Part shown: piece by piece, positions 49,284-61,200 of the stretch
Position numbering within the stretch: the stretch's first letter is position 1
Layout of the letters: every line of letters begins with the position of its first letter
Assembly: GCA_964016885.1 (NCBI GenBank)
Contig: OZ024741.1
Location: 360,034,001 to 360,098,000 of the forward strand
Direction: 5' to 3'
Length of the DNA: 64,000 nt
Origin: Eledone cirrhosa
Lineage: Eukaryota
Notes under the pieces: model-generated
Database searches by the model: none
The model's input: the letters and a program-made list of their open reading frames with translations, nothing else
Told to the model about the DNA's origin: nothing
Made by a program: the position numbers and the translations under genes

Positions 49284-52200
49284 ATGGGTATGGTGTGGTA
49301 TTGTATGATATGTTATGGTGGTGTGCAATGGTGTGGTATGGTATGGTGTGGTGTGGTATGGTATGGTGTGGTGTAGTATGGTATGGTATGGTGTGGTATG
49401 GTGTGGTATGGTATGGTGTGGTATGGTATGGTGTGGTGTGGTATGGTATGGTGTGGTGTGGTATGGTGTGATATGGTATGGTACGGTATGGTATGATGTG
49501 GTGTGGCGTGGTATGGTATGGTGTGATGTGGCGTGGTATGGTATGGTGTGGTATGGAGTGGTATGGTGTGGTGTGGTATGGTATGGTGGGGTGTGGTGTG
49601 CTATGATATGGTATGGTGTGATATGATATGGTATGGTGTGATATGGTGTGGTGTGGCGTGGTATGGTATGGTGTGGTGTAGTATGGTATGGTGTGGTGTG
49701 GTATGGTGTGGTGTGGCGTGGTATGGTATGGTGTGGTGTGGTATGGTGTGGTGTGGTATGGTATGGTGTGGTGTGGTATGATATAGTATGGTGTGGTATG
49801 GTGTGGTGTGGCGTGGTATGGTATGGTGTGGCGTGGTATGGTATGGTATGGTGTGGTATCGTGTGGTGTGGTGTGGTGTGGTGTGGTGTGGTTGGTATGG
49901 TGTGGTGTGGCGTGGTATGGGATGGTGTGGTGTGGTATGGTGTGGTGTGGTATGGTATGGTGTGGTGTGGTATGGTGTGGTGTGGTATGGTATGGTGTGG
50001 TGTGGTATGGTGTGGTGTGGCGTGGTATGGTATGGTGTGGCGTGGTATGGTATGGTATGGTGTGATATGGTATGGTATGGTGTGGTATGGTGTGGTGTGG
50101 CGTGGTATGGTATGGTATGGTGTGATATGGTATGGTATGGTATGGTGTGGTGTGGTATGGTGTGGTGTGGTATGGTGTGGTATGGTGTGGTATGGTGTGG
50201 TATCGTGTGGTGAGGTGTGGTGTGGTATGGTATGGTGTGGTATGGTGTGGTATCGTGTGGTATGGTATGGTATGGTGTGGTATGGTGTGGTATGGTGTGG
50301 TGTGGTATGGTGTGGTATGGTGTGATATGGTATGGTATGGTGTGGTATGGTATGGTGTGGTATGGTCTGGTGTGGTATGGTATGGTGTGGTAAGGTGTGG
50401 TGTGGTGTGATATGGTATGGTGTGGTATGGTGTGGTATGGTGTGGTATGGTATGGTGTGGTATGGTGTGGCGTGATATGGTGTGGTATGGTGTGGTATGG
50501 TGTTGTATGGTGTGGTATGGTATGGTATGGTTTGGTATGGTGTTGGTGTGGTGTGGTATGGTGCGGTATGGTATGATATTGTGTGGTTTGGTGTGGTATG
50601 GTGTGCTATGGTGTGTATGGTGTGGTGTGGTATGGTATGGTATGGTGTGAGGTGGTGTGGTAGTGTGTGGTATGGGGTGGTATGCTGTGGTGTGGTGGGG
50701 TATGGTATAGTGTGGTGTGGTATGGTGTGGTAAGGTGTGGTATGGTATGGTGTGGTGTGGTGTGGTGTGGTATGGTGTGGTATGGTGTGGTCTGGTATGG
50801 TATGGTGTGGTGTGGTGTGGTGTGGTGTGGTGTAGTATGGTGTGGTATGGTATGGTGTGATGTGGTGTGGTATGGTGTGGTATGGTATGGTGTGGTATAG
50901 TGTGGTATGGTATGGTATGCTATGGTGTGGTGTGGTATGGTGTGGTATGGTGTAGAATGGTGTGGTATGTTGTGGTATGGTATGGTGTGGTATGGTGTGG
51001 TGTGGTATGGTGTGGTGTGGTATGCTGTGGTATGGTATGGTATGGTGTGGTATGGTATGGTGTGGTGTGGTGTGGTATGGTGTGGTATGGTATGGTATAG
51101 TGTGGTATGGTGTGGTGTGGTATGGTATGGTATGGTGTGGTATGGTATGGTGTGGTGTGGTATGGTGTGGTGTGGTATGGTATGGTATGGTGTGGTGTGG
51201 TATGATATAGTATGGTGTGGTATGGTGTGGTGTGGCGTGGTATGGTATGGTGTGGCGTGGTATGGTATGGTATGGTGTGGTATCGTGTGGTGTGGTGTGG
51301 TGTGGTGTGGTGTGGTGTGGTGTGGCGTGGTGTGGTGTGGTATGGTATGGTGTGGTGTGGTATGGTGTGGTGTGGTATGGTATAGTGTGGTGTGGTATGG
51401 TGTGGTGTGGCGTGGTATGGTATGGTGTGGCGTGGTATGGTATGGTATGGTGTGATATGGTATGGTATGGTGTGGTATGGTGTGGTGTGGCGTGGTATGG
51501 TATGGTATGGTGTGATATGGTATGGTATGGTATGGTGTGGTGTGGTATGGTGTGGTGTGGTATGGTGTGGTATGGTGTGGTATGGTGTGGTATCGTGTGG
51601 TGTGGTATGGTATGGTGTGGTATGGTGTGGTATCGTGTGGTATGGTATGGTATGGTGTGGTATGGTGTGGTATGGTGTGGTGTGGTATGGTGTGGTATGG
51701 TGTGGTATGGTGTGGTATCGTGTGGTGTGGTGTGGTATGGTGTGGCGTGGTATGGTATGGTGTGGCGTGGTATGGTATGGTATGGTGTGGTATCGTGTGG
51801 TGTGGTGTGGTGTGGTGTGGTGTGGTGTGGTGTGGTATGGTGTGGTGTGGTGTGGTGTGGTATGGTGTGGCGTGGTATGGTGTGGCGTGGTATGGTATGG
51901 TATGGTGTGGTATCGTGTGGTGTGGTGTGGTGTGGTGTGGTGTGGTGTGGTGTGGTGTGGTATGGTGTGGTGTGGTATGGTATGGTGTGGTGTGGTATGA
52001 TGTGGTGTGGTATGGTATAGTGTGGTGTGGTATGGTGTGGTGTGGCGTGGTATGGTATGGTGTGGCGTGGTATGGTATGGTATGGTGTGATATGGTATGG
52101 TATGGTGTGGTATGGTGTGGTGTGGCGTGGTATGGTATGGTATGGTGTGATATTGTATGGTATGGTATGGTGTGGTGTGGTATGGTGTGGTGTAGTATGG

Positions 52201-55200
52201 TGTGGTATGGTGTGGTATGGTGTGGTATCGTGTGGTGTGGTGTGGTATGGTATGGTGTGGTATGGTGTGGTATCGTGTGGTATGGTATGGTATGGTGTGG
52301 TATGGTGTGGTATGGTGTGGTGTGGTATGGTGTGGTATGGTGTGATATGGTATGGTATGGTGTGGTATGGTATGGTGTGGTATGGTCTGGTGTGGTATGG
52401 TATGGTGTGGTAAGGTGTGGTGTGGTGTGATATGGTATGGTGTGGTATGGTGTGGTATGGTGTGGTATGGTATGGTGTGGTATGGTGTGGCGTGATATGG
52501 TGTTGTATGGTGTGGTATGGTGTTGTATGGTGTGGTATGGTATGGTATGGTTTGGTATGGTGTTGGTGTGGTGTGGTATGGTGCGGTATGGTATGATATT
52601 GTGTGGTTTGGTGTAGTATGGTGTGGTATGGTGTGGTATGGTGTGGTGTGGTATGGTATGGTATGGTGTGGGGTGGTGTGGTAGTGTGTGGTATGGGGTG
52701 GTATGCTGTGGTGTGGTGGGGTATGGTATAGTGTGGTGTGGTATGGTGTGGTAAGGTGTGGTATGGTATGGTGTGGTGTGGTATGGTGTGGTATGGTGTG
52801 GTATGGTGTGGTCTGGTATGGTATGGTGTGGTGTGGTGTGGTGTGGTGTGGTGTAGTATGGTGTGGTATGGTATGGTGTGATGTGGTGTGGTATGGTGTG
52901 GTATGGTATGGTGTGGTATAGTGTGGTATGGTATGGTATGCTATGGTGTGGTGTGGTATGGTGTGGTATGGTGTAGAATGGTGTGGTATGTTGTGGTATG
53001 GTATGGTGTGGTATGGTGTGGTGTGGTATGGTGTGGTGTGGTATGCTGTGGTATGGTATGGTATGGTGTGGTTTGGTGTGGTGTGGTATGGTGTGGTATG
53101 GTGTGGTATGGTGTGGTATGGTATGGTGTGGTGTGGTGTGGTATGGTGTGGTGTTGTGTGGTATGGTGTGGTATGGTATGGTATGGTGTGGTATGGTGTG
53201 GTGTGGTATGGTATGGTATGGTGTGGTGTGGTATGGTGTGGTGTGGCGTGGTATGGTATGGTGTGGTGTGGTATGGTGTGGTGTGGTATGGTATGGTATG
53301 GTGTGGTGTGGTATGATATAGTATGGTGTGGTATGGTGTGGTGTGGCGTGGTATGGTATGGTGTGGCGTGGTATGGTATGGTATGGTGTGGTATCGTGTG
53401 GTGTGGTGTGGTGTGGTGTGGTGTGGTGTGGTGTGGTGTGGTGTGGCGTGGTGTGGTGTGGTATGGTATGGTGTGGTGTGGTATGGTGTGGTGTGGTATG
53501 GTATAGTGTGGTGTGGTATGGTGTGGTGTGGCGTGGTATGGTATGGTGTGGCGTGGTATGGTATGGTATGGTGTGATATGGTATGGTATGGTGTGGTATG
53601 GTGTGGTGTGGCGTGGTATGGTATGGTGTGATATGGTATGGTATGGTATGGTGTGGTGTGGTATGGTGTGGTGTGGTATGGTGTGGTATGGTGTGGTATG
53701 GTGTGGTATCGTGTGGTGTGGTGTGGTATGGTATGGTGTGGTATGGTGTGGTATCGTGTGGTATGGTATGGTATGGTGTGGTATGGTGTGGTATGGTGTG
53801 GTGTGGTATGGTGTGGTATGGTGTGGTATGGTGTGGTATCGTGTGGTGTGGTGTGGTATGGTGTGGCGTGGTATGGTATGGTGTGGCGTGGTATGGTATG
53901 GTATGGTGTGGTATCGTGTGGTGTGGTGTGGTGTGGTGTGGTGTGGTGTGGTGTGGTATGGTGTGGTGTGGTGTGGTATGGTGTGGCGTGGTATGGTGTG
54001 GCGTGGTATGGTATGGTATGGTGTGGTATCGTGTGGTGTGGTGTGGTGTGGTGTGGTGTGGTGTGGTGTGGTATGGTGTGGTGTGGTATGGTATGGTGTG
54101 GTGTGGTATGGTGTGGTGTGGTATGGTATAGTGTGGTGTGGTATGGTGTGGTGTGGCGTGGTATGGTATGGTGTGGCGTGGTATGGTATGGTATGGTGTG
54201 ATATGGTATGGTATGGTGTGGTATGGTGTGGTGTGGCGTGGTATGGTATGGTATGGTGTGATATGGTATGGTATGGTATGGTGTGGTGTGGTATGGTGTG
54301 GTGTAGTATGGTGTGGTATGGTGTGGTATGGTGTGGTATCGTGTGGTGTGGTGTGGTATGGTGTGGTATGGTGTGGTATGGTGTGGTGTGGTATGGTGTG
54401 GTATGGTGTGATATGGTATGGTATGGTGTGGTATGGTATGGTGTGGTATGGTCTGGTGTGGTATGGTATGGTGTGGTAAGGTGTGGTGTGGTGTGGTGTG
54501 ATATGGTATGGTGTGGTATGGTGTGGTATGGTGTGGTATGGTATGGTGTGGTATGGTGTGGCGTGATATGGTGTTGTATGGTGTGGTATGGTGTTGTATG
54601 GTGTGGTATGGTATGGTATGGTTTGGTATGGTGTTGGTGTGGTGTGGTATGGTGCGGTATGGTATGATATTGTGTGGTTTGGTGTAGTATGGTGTGGTAT
54701 GGTGTGGTATGGTGTGGTGTGGTATGGTATGGTATGGTGTGGGGTGGTGTGGTAGTGTGTGGTATGGGGTGGTATGCTGTGGTGTGGTGGGGTATGGTAT
54801 AGTGTGGTGTGGTATGGTGTGGTAAGGTGTGGTATGGTATGGTGTGGTGTGGTATGGTGTGGTATGGTGTGGTATGGTGTGGTCTGGTATGGTATGGTGT
54901 GGTGTGGTGTGGTGTGGTGTGGTGTGGTGTAGTATGGTGTGGTATGGTATGGTGTGATGTGGTGTGGTATGGTGTGGTATGGTATGGTGTGGTATAGTGT
55001 GGTATGGTATGCTATGGTGTGGTGTGGTGTGGTATGGTGTGGTATGGTGTAGAATGGTGTGGTATGTTGTGGTATGGTATGGTGTGGTATGGTGTGGTGT
55101 GGTATGGTGTGGTGCGGTATGCTGTGGTATGGTATGGTATGGTGTGGTTTGGTGTGGTGTGGTATGGTGTGGTATGGTGTGGTATGGTGTGGTATGGTGT

Positions 55201-58200
55201 GGTCTGGTGTGGTGTGGTATGGTATGGTGTTGTGTTGTGTGGTGTGGTATGGTGTGGTATGGTATGGTATGGTGTGGTATGGTGTGGTGTGGTGTGGTAT
55301 GGTATGGTATGGTGTGGTGTGGTATGGTGTTGTATGGTGTGGTATGGTGTGGTATGGTATTGTGTGGTGTGGTATGGTGTGGTATGGTGTGGTATGCTGT
55401 TGTATGGTATTGTGTGGTGTGGCGTTGTGTGGTACTGTATGGTATGGTGTGGCGTGGTATGGTGTGGTGTGTTGTGGTGTGGTATGGCATAGTATGGTGT
55501 GGTATGGTGTGGTATGGTAAGGTGTGGTATGGTGTGGTGTGGTATGGTGTGGTATGGTGTGGCGTGGTATGGTGTGGTATGGTATGGTGTGGTGTGGTAT
55601 GGTGTTGTATGGTGTGGTATGGTATGGTGTCGTGTGGTATGTTGTTATATGGTATGGTATGGTGTGGTATGGTGTGGCGTGGTATGGTGTGGTATGGTGT
55701 GGTATGGTGTTGTATGGTGTGGTATGGTATGGTATGGTTTGGTATGGTGTTGGTGTGGCGTGGTATGGTGCGGTATGGTATGATATTGTGTGGCTTGGTG
55801 TGGTATGGTGTGGTATGTGTGGTATGGTGTGGTGTGGTATGGTATGGTATGGTGTGGGGTGGTGTGGTAGTGTGTGGTATGGGGTGGTATGCTGTGGTGT
55901 GGTGGGGTATGGTATAGTGTGGTGTGGTATGGTGTGGTAAGGTGTGGTATGGTATGGTGTGGTGTGGTATGGTGTGGTATGGTGTGGTATGGTGCGGTCT
56001 GGTATGGTATGGTGTGGTGTGGTGTGGTATGGTATGGTGTGATGTGGTGTGGTATGGTGTGGTATGTTATGGTATGGTGTGGTATAGTGTGGTATGGTAT
56101 GGTATGCTATGGTGTGGTGTGGTATGGTGTGGTGTGTTGTGGTGTGGTATGGCATAGTATGGTGTGGTATGGTGTGGTATGGTAAGGTGTGGTATGGTGT
56201 GGTGTGGTATCGTATCGTATTGTGGTGTGGTATGGTATGGTGTGGTGTGGTATGGTGTGGTATGGTGTGGCGTGGTATGGTGTGGTATGGTCTGGTGTGG
56301 TGTGGTATGGTGTTGTATGGTGTGGTATGGTATGGTGTCGTGTGGTATGTTGTTATATGGTATGGTATGGTATGGTATGGTATGGTGTGGTATGGTGTGG
56401 CGTGGTATGGTGTGGTATGGTGTGGTATGGTGTTGTATGGTGTGGTATGGTATGGTATGGTTTGGTATGGTGTTGGTGTGGTGTGGTATGGTGCGGTATG
56501 GTATGATATTGTGTGGTTTGGTGTGGTATGGTGTGGTATGTGTGGTAGTGTGTGGTAGTGTGTGGTATGGGGTGGTATGCTGTGGTGTGGTGGGGTATGG
56601 TATAGTGTGGTGTGGTATGGTGTGGTAAGGTGTGGTATGGTATGGTGTGGTGTGGTATGGTGTGGTATGGTGTGGTATGGTGTGGTCTGGTATGGTATGG
56701 TGTGGTGTGGTGTGGTATGGTATGATGTGATGTGGTGTGGTATGGTGTGGTATGGTATGGTATGGTGTGGTATAGTGTAGTATGGTATGGTATGCTATGG
56801 TGTGGTGTGGTATGGTGTGGTATGGTGTAGTATGGTGTGGTATGTTGTGGTATGGTATGGTATGGTATGGTATGGTGTGGTATGGTGTGGTGTGGTATGG
56901 TGTGGTGTGGTATGCTGTGGTATGGTATGGTATGGTGTGGTTTGGTGTGGTGTGGTGTTGTATGGTGTGGTGTGGTATGGTGTGGTATGGTATTGTGTGG
57001 TATGGTGTGGTGTGGTGTGGTATGGTGTGGTACGGTGTGGTAAGGTGTGGTGTGGTATGGTGTGGTGTAGTGTGGTATGGTGTGGTATGGTATGGTGTGG
57101 TGTGGTGTGGTATGGTGTTGTATGGTGTGGTGTTGTATGGTGTGGTGTGGTATGGTGTGGTATGGTATTGTGTGGTATGGTGTGGTGTGGTGTGGTATGG
57201 TGTTGTATGGTGTGGTGTTGTATGGTGTGGTGTGGTGTGGTGTGGTATGGTATTGTGTGGTATGGTGTGGTGTGGTGTGGTATGGTGTTGTATGGTGTGG
57301 TGTTGTATGGTGTGGTGTGGTATGGTGTGGTATGGTATTGTGTGGTATGGTGTGGTGTGGTGTGGTATGGTGTGGTGTGGTAGGGTATGGTGTGGTATGG
57401 TGTTGTATGGTGTGGTATGGTGCGGTATGGTATGGTGTAGTGTGCTATGGTGTGGTATGGTGTGGTATGGTGTGGTATGGTGCGGTATGGTATGGTGTAG
57501 TGTGCTATGGTGTGGTATGGTGTGGTATGGTGTGGTATGGTGTTGTATGGTGTGGTATGGTGCGGTATGGTATGGTGTAGTGTGCTATGGTGTGGTATGG
57601 TGTTGTATGGTGTGGTATGGTGCGGTATGGTATGGTGTAGTGTGCTATGGTGTGGTATGGTGTGGTATGGTGTGGTATGGTGTTGTATGGTATGGTGTGG
57701 TACTGTATGGTATGGTGTGGTGTGTTATGGTGTCGTGTGGTATGTTGTTATATGGTAGTGTATGGTATGGTATGGTGTGGTATGTTGTGGCGTGGTATGG
57801 TGTGGTATGGTGTGGTATGGTGTTGTATGGTGTGGTAAGGTATGGTATGGTGTGGTATGGTGTTGTATGGTGTGGTATGGTATGGTATGGTTTGGTATGG
57901 CGTTGGTGTGGTATGGTATGGTATGGTATGGTGTGGGGTGGTGTGGTAGTGTGTGGTATGGGGTGGTATGCTGTGGTGTGGTGGGGTATGGTATAGTGTG
58001 GTGTGGTATGGTGTGGTAAGGTGTGGTATGGTATGGTGTGGTGTGGTATGGTGTGGTATGGTGTGGTGTGGTGTGGTGTGGTGTGGTGTGGTATGGTATG
58101 GTGCGATGTGGTGTGGTATGGTGTGGTATGGTATAGTATGGTGTGGTATGTTGTGGTATGGTATGGTATGGTATGGTGTGGTATGGTGTGGTGTGGTATG

Positions 58201-61200
58201 GTATGGTGTGGTATGCTGTGGTATGGTATGGTATGGTGTGGTTTGGTGTGGTGTGGTATGGTGTGGTATGGTATGGTATGCTATGGTGTGGTGTGGTATG
58301 GTGTGGTATGGTGTAGTATGGTGTGGTATGTTGTGGTATGGTATGGTGTGGTATGGTGCGGTGTGGTATGGTGTGGTGTGGTATGGTGTGGTATGGTGTG
58401 GTATGGTGTGGTATGGTGTGGTCTGGTGTGGTGTGGAATGGTATGGTGTGGTGTGGTGTGGTGTGGTATGGTGTGGTATGGTATGGTATGGTGTGGTATG
58501 GTGTGGTGTGGTGCGGTGTGGTATGGTGTGGTACGGTGTGGTAAGGTGTGGTATGGTGTGGTATGGTGTGGTGTGGTATGGTGTGGTATGGTGTGGTATG
58601 GTGTGGTGTAGTGTGGTATGGTGTGGTATGGTATGGTGTGGTGTGGTGTGGTATGGTGTTGTATGGTGTGGTGTTGTATGGTGTGGTGTGGTGTGGTATG
58701 GTGTGGTATGGTATTGTGTGGTATGGTGTGGTGTGGTGTGGTATGGTGTGGTGTGGTAGGGTATGGTGTGGTATGGTGTTGTATGGTGTGGTATGGTGCG
58801 GTATGGTATGGTGTAGTGTGCTATGGTGTGGTATGGTGTGGTATGGTGTGGTATGGTGTTGTATGGTATGGTGTGGTACTGTATGGTATGGTGTGGTGTG
58901 GTATGGTGTTGTATGGTGTGGTATGGTATGGTGTTGTGTGGTATGTTGTTATATGGTAGTGTATGGTATGGTATGGTGTAGTATGGTGTGGCGTGGTATG
59001 GTGTGGTATGGTGTGGTATGGTGTTGTATGGTGTGGTATGGTATGGTATGGTTTGGTATGGCGTTGGTGTGGTATGGTGCGGTATGGTATGATATTGTGT
59101 GGTTTGGTGTGGTATGGTGTGGTATGGTGTGGTATGGTGTGGTGTGGTATGGTATGGTATGGTGTGGGGTGGTGTGGTAGTGTGTGGTATGGGGTGGTAT
59201 GCTGTGGTGTGGTGTGGTATGGTGTGGTGTGGTGTGGTACGGTGTGGTATGGTATGGTGTGGTGTGGTATGGTATGGTATGGTGTAGTGTGGTGTGGTAT
59301 GGTGTGGTATGGTGTGGTATGGTGTGGAATGGTATGGTATGGTATGGTATGATGTGGTATGGTGTGGCATGGTGTGGTGTGGTATGGTGTGGTATGGTAT
59401 GGTGTGGTATGGTGTGGTATGGTGTGGTATGTTGTGGTATGGTGTCGTGTGGTGTGGTATGGGGTGGTGTGGGTATGGTGTGGTGCGGTGTGGTATGGTG
59501 TGGTATGGTATGGTATGGTGTGGTGTGGTATGGTGTGGCATTGTGTGGTATGGTGTGATGTGGTATGGTGTGGTATGGTGTGGTATGGTGTGGTATGGTA
59601 TGGTGTGGTATGGCGTGTTATGGTGTGGTGTGGTAAGGTGTGGTATGGTATGGTGTGGTGTGGTGTGGTGTGGTATGGTATAGTGTGGTATGGTGTGGTA
59701 TGGTGTGGTATGGTGTAGTGTGGTATGCTGTGGTATGTTATAGTGTGGTATGGTGTGGTATGGTGCGGTATGGTGTGGTATGGTGTGGTGTGGCATGGTA
59801 TGGTATGGTGTGGTGTGGTGTGGTATGGTGTGGTGTGGTATGGTATGGTATAGTGTGGTGTGGTATGGTGTGGTATGGTGTGGTATGGTGTGGTATGGTG
59901 TAGTGTGGTGTGGTATGGTGTGGTATGGTGTGGTCTGGTATGGTATGGTGTGGTGTGGTGTGGTATGGTATGATGTGATGTGGTGTGGTATGGTGTGGTA
60001 TGGTATGGTATGGTGTGGTATAGTGTAGTATGGTATGGTATGCTATGGTGTGGTGTGGTATGGTGTGGTATGGTGTAGTATGGTGTGGTATGTTGTGGTA
60101 TGGTATGGTATGGTATGGTATGGTGTGGTATGGTGTGGTGTGGTATGGTGTGGTGTGGTATGCTGTGGTATGGTATGGTATGGTGTGGTTTGGTGTGGTG
60201 TGGTATGGTGTGGTATGGTGTGGTATGGTGTGGTCTGGTGTGGTGTGGTATGGTATGGTGTGGTGTGGTGTGGTGTGGTATGGTGTGGTATGGTATGGTA
60301 TGGTGTGGTATGGTGTGGTGTGGTGCGGTGTGGTGTGGTGTGGTATGGTATGGTGTGGTGTGGTGTGGTATGGTGTTGCATGGTGTGGTATGGTGTGGTA
60401 TGGTATTGTGTGGTGTGGTATGGTGTGGTATGGTGTGGTATGCTGTTGTATGGTATGGTGTGGTGTGGCGTGGTGTGGTACTGTATGGTATGGTGTGGTG
60501 TGGTATGGTGTGGTGTGTTGTGGTATGGTGTTGTATGGTATGGTATTGTGTGGTGTGGTGTGGTATGGTGTGGTACGGTGTGGTAAGGTGTGGTGTGGTA
60601 TGGTGTGGTGTAGTGTGGTATGGTGTGGTATGGTATGGTGTGGTGTGGTGTGGTATGGTGTTGTATGGTGTGGTGTTGTATGGTGTGGTGTGGTATGGTG
60701 TGGTATGGTATTGTGTGGTATGGTGTGGTGTGGTGTGGTATGGTGTTGTATGGTGTGGTGTTGTATGGTGTGGTGTGGTGTGGTGTGGTATGGTATTGTG
60801 TGGTATGGTGTGGTGTGGTGTGGTATGGTGTTGTATGGTGTGGTGTTGTATGGTGTGGTGTGGTATGGTGTGGTATGGTATTGTGTGGTATGGTGTGGTG
60901 TGGTGTGGTATGGTGTGGTGTGGTAGGGTATGGTGTGGTATGGTGTTGTATGGTGTGGTATGGTGCGGTATGGTATGGTGTAGTGTGCTATGGTGTGGTA
61001 TGGTGTGGTATGGTGTGGTATGGTGTTGTATGGTGTGGTATGGTGCGGTATGGTATGGTGTAGTGTGCTATGGTGTGGTATGGTGTGGTATGGTGTGGTA
61101 TGGTGCGGTATGGTATGGTGTAGTGTGCTATGGTGTGGTATGGTGTGGTATGGTGTGGTATGGTGTTGTATGGTGTGGTATGGTGCGGTATGGTATGGTG

